Shown here one piece after another: positions 58,379 through 64,000 of a stretch of DNA of 64,000 nt; the stretch's first letter is position 1; each line of letters begins with the position of its first letter. The position numbers and the translations under genes were made by a program. Origin of the DNA: a phage; the sequence record PZ154895.1; one strand, 5' to 3'. Below the pieces are notes generated by a model, which ran no database searches, was not told the origin of the DNA, and was given only the letters and a program-made list of their open reading frames with translations.

Positions 58379-58840
58379 ATGATTATTAATGAAAGCTCTT
58401 GGCACTATAAATTATTCAAAATGTTTAATGATGAATGGAAACGACCTAAGACACTGTGCGCGTATTTTTGGTCTATTGTTATTCCTACATTTTTCGTTTC
58501 TTTTTTCGGATGTACTATACTCGCAGGTCTAACTATCATCTGTGCAGAAATCATACAGAAATGGCTTATTTTTGGTAGTTTATGGACTCTTATTCCATCA
58601 GCATTTATACTTGCCATTTTGCTTGTTTTACTTATTATTGGTTCATTTGTTATTCCTGCACAACTGCGTGAAAAATATAAAGATTATAAATGGAAAAAGG
58701 ATTATGCTTTACATGTAGAAAATATTGATAGGGCGTATAAAGGTTTACCTCCTATTCAACCTAAGAAATCTATTATCGTCGAATTTTTAAAAGCGCGTAA
58801 AGCTAAAGTATGTCCTGTTATTGAATATAAGGCTGAATGA
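58379..58840 (+). CDS. membrane protein (2-3 predicted TM helices)
   Basis: 153 aa with long hydrophobic segments; start 2 nt after previous stop. Confidence 0.5.
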   Translation: MIINESSWHYKLFKMFNDEWKRPKTLCAYFWSIVIPTFFVSFFGCTILAGLTIICAEIIQKWLIFGSLWTLIPSAFILAILLVLLIIGSFVIPAQLREKYKDYKWKKDYALHVENIDRAYKGLPPIQPKKSIIVEFLKARKAKVCPVIEYKAE

Positions 58841-59850
58841 TGAAAACAGTAATGAAAAGCTATTTTGGTAGTCATCTTTATGGAACTTCTACTCCAGAAT
58901 CTGATGTAGATTTTAAAGAAATCTTTGTTCCTCCTGCTCGCGATATTCTTATCGGAAATGTTAAAGAGCATATGAGTAAAAACACTAACAACACATCATC
59001 TAAAAACACTAAAGATGATATTGACCATGAACTATACAGTCTTAAGTATTTCTTTAAATTAGCAGCAGATGGTGAAACTGTAGCATTGGATATGCTCCAC
59101 ACTCCACCTGAGTTAGTGGTTAAATCTGATTTGCCTGATGTATGGAAGTTTATTCAAGACAATCGTTCTCGTTTTTATACGACTAACATGAAATCCTATT
59201 TAGGATATGTTCGCAAGCAAGCTTCTAAATATGGTGTTAAGGGTTCTCGTTTGGCCGCATTGCGTGATGTATTGAAAGTAGTTAATCAAATCCCTGATCA
59301 GTGGGTTGATTACCAAGAAGACGGTTCCATTAAGCAGCGTCGCACTAAAGTTGAAGATATTAAGCATCGTCTTCCAGAAAACGAGTTCTGTGAATGGGTG
59401 TTCCACAATCATGAGAAAACAGGCCCACAAACGTTCTATACTGTGTTGGGTCGTAAATATCAGACAACTCTTTCTCTTATTGAGCTTAAGCAGTCTTTGA
59501 ATAAACTTGATGCCGAATACGGTGAACGCGCTCGTAAGGCTGAAGCTAATGAGGGCATTGACTGGAAAGCTTTGAGTCATGCTTGTCGTGGTGGACTCCA
59601 ACTATTGGAAATTTACAAAACTGGTGACTTGGTTTATCCACTTAAAGATGCTCCATTTATTCTCGACGTGAAGTTGGGTAAACATCCATTTAAAACTGTT
59701 CAAGAGTTTTTGGAAGATGTGGTCGATCAAGTAGAAGCAGCATCCATTGAAGCTTCTAAGAACGGTATGCAGCAAAAAGTAGACATGGGTTTCTGGGATG
59801 ACTTCCTTGAGAGGGTTTATCTTGAAAACCACCGAAGTTATTATAAATGA
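58837..59850 (+). CDS. Pol-beta-superfamily nucleotidyltransferase-like protein
   Basis: 337 aa; N-terminal GSHLYGTSTPESDVDF fits the GS-x(9-13)-D-x-D NTase motif, with a candidate third acidic residue in VALDML. Confidence 0.55.
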   Translation: MMKTVMKSYFGSHLYGTSTPESDVDFKEIFVPPARDILIGNVKEHMSKNTNNTSSKNTKDDIDHELYSLKYFFKLAADGETVALDMLHTPPELVVKSDLPDVWKFIQDNRSRFYTTNMKSYLGYVRKQASKYGVKGSRLAALRDVLKVVNQIPDQWVDYQEDGSIKQRRTKVEDIKHRLPENEFCEWVFHNHEKTGPQTFYTVLGRKYQTTLSLIELKQSLNKLDAEYGERARKAEANEGIDWKALSHACRGGLQLLEIYKTGDLVYPLKDAPFILDVKLGKHPFKTVQEFLEDVVDQVEAASIEASKNGMQQKVDMGFWDDFLERVYLENHRSYYK

Positions 59851-59853
59851 TAG

Positions 59854-59879
59854 GGAGCCTTCGGGCTCCCTTTTTTTTT
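59854..59879 (+). terminator. intrinsic terminator after the nucleotidyltransferase gene
   Basis: hairpin gggagcc-ttcg-ggctccc followed by nine T. Confidence 0.8.
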
Positions 59880-59894
59880 GTTTAAAATGACGTC

Positions 59895-59936
59895 ACAAAG
59901 TTGTTTACTTCTATCGCAAAGCATATTATAATATAT
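59895..59936 (+). promoter_or_regulatory. T4-type early promoter
   Basis: -35 GTTTAC 59903-59908, -10 TATTATAAT, after a terminator hairpin. Confidence 0.65.
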
Positions 59937-59978
59937 GTGTAGTTAATTAATTGCTCTTTAAAAATTGAGGAGAATACA

Positions 59979-60269
59979 ATGCATATTTTAATGCAATGCC
60001 TTGGCAACAAAATTAATGATTTTAATCATAAGCGTGTTAATGATTACATTAAAGACAAACTTGAGATTAAAGACATACTTTTTAGAGGACTTACAATAGA
60101 GGAAGTGCTATCTTATAAGTTTGAAGTTAATAGGAGAATCAAATTTAAAAGAATAACTTCCTTTAGCAGTGAGTCTCATATAGCTGAAACGTTTGCAGCA
60201 GAACGCTATATGACTAATGCTTTAGTAGTGTTAAAAATGCAAACGTTTTCGACTATTCGACTGCTATGA
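59979..60269 (+). CDS. hypothetical protein
   Basis: 96-aa ORF with GAGGAG SD after an early promoter. Confidence 0.45.
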   Translation: MHILMQCLGNKINDFNHKRVNDYIKDKLEIKDILFRGLTIEEVLSYKFEVNRRIKFKRITSFSSESHIAETFAAERYMTNALVVLKMQTFSTIRLL

Positions 60270-60463
60270 TTGACATTTTAGAAAATTTAATCGCAATTGA
60301 AGAATCTGGCCAAACTGACGATGATAAGCTTAACAAGCTTTATGATAATCTTTGTATGGTAGATTATGAAAGAGAGTTTTTACTGCCAACTAATTCTGAG
60401 TTAATAGTTAAAAACATATATTTTGATAGCAAAAAGAACATGCATATAGTAGAAATGGAATAA
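60266..60463 (+). CDS. hypothetical small acidic protein
   Basis: 65-aa ORF overlapping upstream stop. Confidence 0.4.
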   Translation: MIDILENLIAIEESGQTDDDKLNKLYDNLCMVDYEREFLLPTNSELIVKNIYFDSKKNMHIVEME

Positions 60464-60495
60464 ATCGACACAAAGGGGGCTATGGTACTATACAA
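60460..60495 (+). promoter_or_regulatory. early-type promoter (-10 TGGTACTATAC, weak -35)
   Basis: -10 and leader identical to the 44950 promoter; -35 not consensus. Confidence 0.5.
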
Positions 60496-60528
60496 CTATC
60501 AACTACTGATACAGATTTGGAGAATAAA

Positions 60529-61497
60529 ATGAAAACTGTAACTATCAATAAGGGTATCTACTTTGGTAAAGAAATCTCTGGAACTTTTGAGCTCTTAGGC
60601 GAATGGTTCCCAGATAATGCTCCGGTAGATGCACAAGGAGATGGTAAAGTTTTTGTTGAAATTGACGGTAAACGTCGCGGTGTTTGGGTTTACAAATCAG
60701 ATATTTCATATGATGGTGTAAAAGTTGAAGAAGTTAAAGAATCGTATGAAGATATGAAAACCCGCATTAATAAAAGATTTAATGTTATGGGAATGATGAC
60801 GAACGGTATTATTAATGGAAATATTCGTTCATTAATTATCTCTGGCGCAGCAGGTATTGGTAAAACGTATTCTTTAGATAAAGCTTTAAATAAAGCAAAT
60901 GATATTGGATACATTGAATATAAAAGCATTAATGGTAAAATCTCTGGTATTGGTCTTTATGAGCAGCTTTGGAATAATCGTGAAGAGAATTCTGTCCTTT
61001 TGATTGATGATGTGGATGTTTTCTCTGATATGGACATTCTTAATCTTCTAAAAGCTGCTCTGGACACTGGAGAGACCCGTAAAGTCTGCTGGAGCACTGC
61101 GTCTTCTTACTTAGAAGAAAAAGGCATTGACCGTGAGTTTGAATTTAAAGGAACGATTGTTTTTATCACAAACGTTGACATTGACCGCGAATTAGACCGT
61201 GGTACTAAACTTGCTCCACATTTACAAGCATTAGTGTCCCGCTCAGTTTATTTGGATTTGGGTGTTCACACTAATGAAGAAATTATGGTCAGGGTTGAAG
61301 ATGTTATTCTTTCAACTGACATGATGCAAAAGCGTGGTCTTTCTGATGAAGAAACTTATAAAGCATTATCATGGATGAAAGTTAATGTTAATCGTTTACG
61401 CAATGTTTCACTGCGTACTGCTCTTTATCTTGCTGACTTTATTATGACCGACAAAAACGGTTGGGAAGAAATTGCTGAGGTTACTCTTCTGAAATAA
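60529..61497 (+). CDS. AAA+/P-loop ATPase
   Basis: 322 aa from MKTVTINKG; Walker A GAAGIGKT, Walker B VLLIDDVD; ORF-track start is an upstream TTG. Confidence 0.65.
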   Translation: MKTVTINKGIYFGKEISGTFELLGEWFPDNAPVDAQGDGKVFVEIDGKRRGVWVYKSDISYDGVKVEEVKESYEDMKTRINKRFNVMGMMTNGIINGNIRSLIISGAAGIGKTYSLDKALNKANDIGYIEYKSINGKISGIGLYEQLWNNREENSVLLIDDVDVFSDMDILNLLKAALDTGETRKVCWSTASSYLEEKGIDREFEFKGTIVFITNVDIDRELDRGTKLAPHLQALVSRSVYLDLGVHTNEEIMVRVEDVILSTDMMQKRGLSDEETYKALSWMKVNVNRLRNVSLRTALYLADFIMTDKNGWEEIAEVTLLK

Positions 61498-61598
61498 TTC
61501 ATAAGAGGACTTCTATGACAAAAAGGCAGTTCAGAAATAGATTATATGGACTGCCATTAAAAAGATGACTAGAATTAAACTGGTGAATGGAGGTAGTG

Positions 61599-61901
61599 AT
61601 GTTATACTCAAAGGCTCGTGAAATTTACGAAACTAAAATTAAAGAAGCAGTATTTCAGTTCGCAACGACAATGCGATGGACAAATGACTGGGAGTATTCA
61701 AAAAATCATAAGAAGCCCATGGTGACAAGAAAGGCTCATATGTTAGTGTTAATAGACCGTGAGCAGATTAAAGCCCGAGAAGCCCTCCAGAATCATAAAA
61801 AGGCTGCCTTTGAATGGTTTATGGATAACACTGCTCCTGAGACTAAGAAAGCAGTGAGCGCATGGTTCAGTGGAAAAAATTGTGAAAGAAGTTTCTTTTA
61901 G
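61599..61901 (+). CDS. hypothetical protein
   Basis: 100 aa from MLYSKAREIYE with GGAGG SD. Confidence 0.45.
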   Translation: MLYSKAREIYETKIKEAVFQFATTMRWTNDWEYSKNHKKPMVTRKAHMLVLIDREQIKAREALQNHKKAAFEWFMDNTAPETKKAVSAWFSGKNCERSFF

Positions 61902-61936
61902 TGGTTTACAAGACTGTTCCTCTGTGGTACTATACA
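61898..61936 (+). promoter_or_regulatory. T4-type early promoter
   Basis: -35 GTTTAC 61904-61909, -10 TGGTACTATAC. Confidence 0.7.
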
Positions 61937-61961
61937 ACTATCAACTACGGAGGAACAGAAA

Positions 61962-62489
61962 ATGAACGCTAAAGATATTTTCAACCTGGTAAATTACAAC
62001 GATGGTAAATTTAAATCTGAAGCACAAAGCAAGTTCTTTAACGACATCTCAATCGGAGGTGAAATCACTGTTGATGGAGGACAAATTTACAAATCCCGTT
62101 GGAACTGGATCGTTATTATTGATGAGATTGGTATTGTCGAAATTTACAAGAATACGAATAAAAATCGTACATTACACTGGTCTCGTGATACTAACGAACA
62201 GTACAAAAAAGATAAAGCATCTAAAATTTCTCGTGTAACTCAAGAAGATATTGAGTTTATCAAGAAAGATATTTTAATGTATGATAACTTAATTGCTGAA
62301 GAGCAAGCTGTTATTGATAAATTTGACGAGATTAAAGCTTCTCGTGAAATTCCTGATTTTATGAAAGAATCAGTAAATGAACGATACACTCTCATTTCAG
62401 AGCGTATTGAAACTTACAAAAAGCAAAGAGCTGAACGCCAAAATACTCTTCGGAAGTTTGAAGAACGGTTAAAGACGGTACTCGCATAA
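61962..62489 (+). CDS. hypothetical protein
   Basis: 175-aa ORF after an early promoter with GGAGG SD. Confidence 0.5.
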   Translation: MNAKDIFNLVNYNDGKFKSEAQSKFFNDISIGGEITVDGGQIYKSRWNWIVIIDEIGIVEIYKNTNKNRTLHWSRDTNEQYKKDKASKISRVTQEDIEFIKKDILMYDNLIAEEQAVIDKFDEIKASREIPDFMKESVNERYTLISERIETYKKQRAERQNTLRKFEERLKTVLA

Positions 62490-62544
62490 CCGCTTTATAC
62501 CAAGGATGGTATAATGGTTCTAAGCCCTTTTAATTGAGATTATT

Positions 62545-62952
62545 ATGAAACAGTTGATAATTAAAAGATTGAATTTATTGATATGTTGTTTATGTGTAGT
62601 AGTTGCATACGGTTATTACGCAATTAATGATTATATGCATTATAAAGATTATGATGTTACTGTAGTTAATACCATTACAGGAACACAAGGAAAGGGGTCT
62701 AGTTTATCGTTTATTGCCGTATATGAACTCAAAGACGGTTATAGATTTAGTGAATATATTTCCCCAGAGATGTATTTTTCAATAGAAAAGGGTGATAATA
62801 TTACTGTAAGTTTACGTCCTTTCGACGTAAAACAGACACTGTTTGATAATATTGTTTGGTTCTTTGGGATGGTATTAGTTCAATCCGTGTGTGGCGCTTA
62901 TGTAGTCTGTTCAATCATATTCTGTGTATTTAGTAAAATTGAAATTGAGTGA
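62545..62952 (+). CDS. membrane protein (N- and C-terminal TM helices)
   Basis: 135 aa with hydrophobic N- and C-terminal segments. Confidence 0.45.
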   Translation: MKQLIIKRLNLLICCLCVVVAYGYYAINDYMHYKDYDVTVVNTITGTQGKGSSLSFIAVYELKDGYRFSEYISPEMYFSIEKGDNITVSLRPFDVKQTLFDNIVWFFGMVLVQSVCGAYVVCSIIFCVFSKIEIE

Positions 62953-62959
62953 GGAAAAT

Positions 62960-63850
62960 ATGTCAGTAGTAATTAATAATGTCAATGCAGTAATTAAATC
63001 ATTAGTTAATAAAAAAATGATGAATGAATGGACTGTACTTCGCCGTGGAGAGCCAGATAAATTTTTTCATAGATTTAACCCAACTTTGGATTTGAATGTT
63101 ATCGACAAAGATGTTCATGCAGAAATTTTAGATAAGTTTAAAGTTGATATTGGATTTGGATTAGAAAAACATTTGCAGCGAACAACCGGGTCTGGAATGA
63201 GTTTATCTAATCGCATTATGAAAGCCCTTAATAAAATTGGAGCGTTGTCTCGTATTAATGCGAGCGAAATCCTTCGTAATTATAATAAAGGATATGACCT
63301 TTATGGTCGACTAATGCCAAAATTATCATTCGATCAAATGATTGCGGATTTGTGGGAAAATCAACGACGATTATTAGCATTGGGCGCTCGATTAGCTAAA
63401 GGTCTAGATAAACAAATGATTTTTAAGACCAATAATACAGAAGACCTTAAATGCTTTAAATTTAGTATTCGCGGAGATGATTATTACATCAGAGCTCGCT
63501 CTACAGATTATGTCAATATGGGTCATCATCTCTGTTTAGCTTTTGAAGTTTTAAAAGAAGCTGGAACACTAGAATATTCATCTGGTGCTAAATGCCCTAT
63601 TGGTTCAAGTTGTATTTTAATTTATCGCCCGGATGAATCCAGTTCAACTAAATTGCCTACAAAACCTGTACCAGTTCGTAGTAACGAAAAACATTCTGAA
63701 CAAATTGATTATTTTAATAAGCAGATTGAAGAGCTGAATATTTCTATTCAACAATATGACGATGAAATTTTCAGACTATCTGGACTGAGTAGTAAAGCTA
63801 AATCTGAGCGTGAAAAGTTAATTAAAATTGTTGATTTACTTAAATCTTAA
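62960..63850 (+). CDS. hypothetical protein
   Basis: 296 aa from MSVVINNVN with GAGGAA SD (ORF-track start is an upstream GTG). Confidence 0.5.
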   Translation: MSVVINNVNAVIKSLVNKKMMNEWTVLRRGEPDKFFHRFNPTLDLNVIDKDVHAEILDKFKVDIGFGLEKHLQRTTGSGMSLSNRIMKALNKIGALSRINASEILRNYNKGYDLYGRLMPKLSFDQMIADLWENQRRLLALGARLAKGLDKQMIFKTNNTEDLKCFKFSIRGDDYYIRARSTDYVNMGHHLCLAFEVLKEAGTLEYSSGAKCPIGSSCILIYRPDESSSTKLPTKPVPVRSNEKHSEQIDYFNKQIEELNISIQQYDDEIFRLSGLSSKAKSEREKLIKIVDLLKS

Positions 63851-63858
63851 GGAATACC

Positions 63859-64000
63859 ATGAAAACTCGTTCTCAAATTGAAGATATGGTTCGTAATGCC
63901 AGCTATACTCGTGATGTTATGACATTTTTGTGTGAAAATAATTTAGACCCTGATAAAGTTAATCGTGTTATTCATCACTTTAAGTATACGAATAGCAGTG
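63859..64000 (+). CDS. hypothetical protein, 5' part (continues beyond window)
   Basis: ORF open to window end, starts MKTRSQIEDMVRNAS. Confidence 0.35.
   Translation, partial: MKTRSQIEDMVRNASYTRDVMTFLCENNLDPDKVNRVIHHFKYTNSS

Overview
The window is a contiguous segment of a T4-like (T-even, Tequatrovirus-type) myovirus genome, co-linear with phage T4 but not identical to it: the lysozyme and DenV proteins differ from the T4 sequences as I recall them at many positions. Layout: (i) 1-5.6 kb recombination and accessory genes (uvsY 3' part, uvsW, segE, inh, hoc); (ii) 5.6-37.3 kb the late structural block, almost all on the minus strand (rnlB, 24, segD, 23, 22, 21, 68, 67, 20, 19, 18, 17, 16, 15, 14, 13, wac, 12, 11, 10, 9, 8, 7, 6, 5.4, 5.1, 5, 53), with TATAAATA late promoters; (iii) 37.3-64 kb plus-strand genes 4, 2, 3, 1, 57A, 57B, then a hyperplastic accessory region driven by T4-type early promoters (GTTTAC -35, TGnTAtaaT -10). 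That accessory region holds a 9-tRNA cluster interrupted by segB, a structured-RNA locus, e.2-e.8-like small ORFs, nudE, e (lysozyme), denV, regB, tk, rI, and a run of hypothetical genes including a Pol-beta-type nucleotidyltransferase and an AAA+ ATPase. All calls rest on reading the translations and on remembered T4 gene order and sizes; no database search was run. I could not pin down one unambiguous new system. The best candidates are the dispersed capsid-targeting-sequence (internal protein) genes, a coupled paralog-paralog-membrane-nucleotidyltransferase module at 57.3-59.9 kb, a macro-domain gene, and a tandem family of small membrane proteins.
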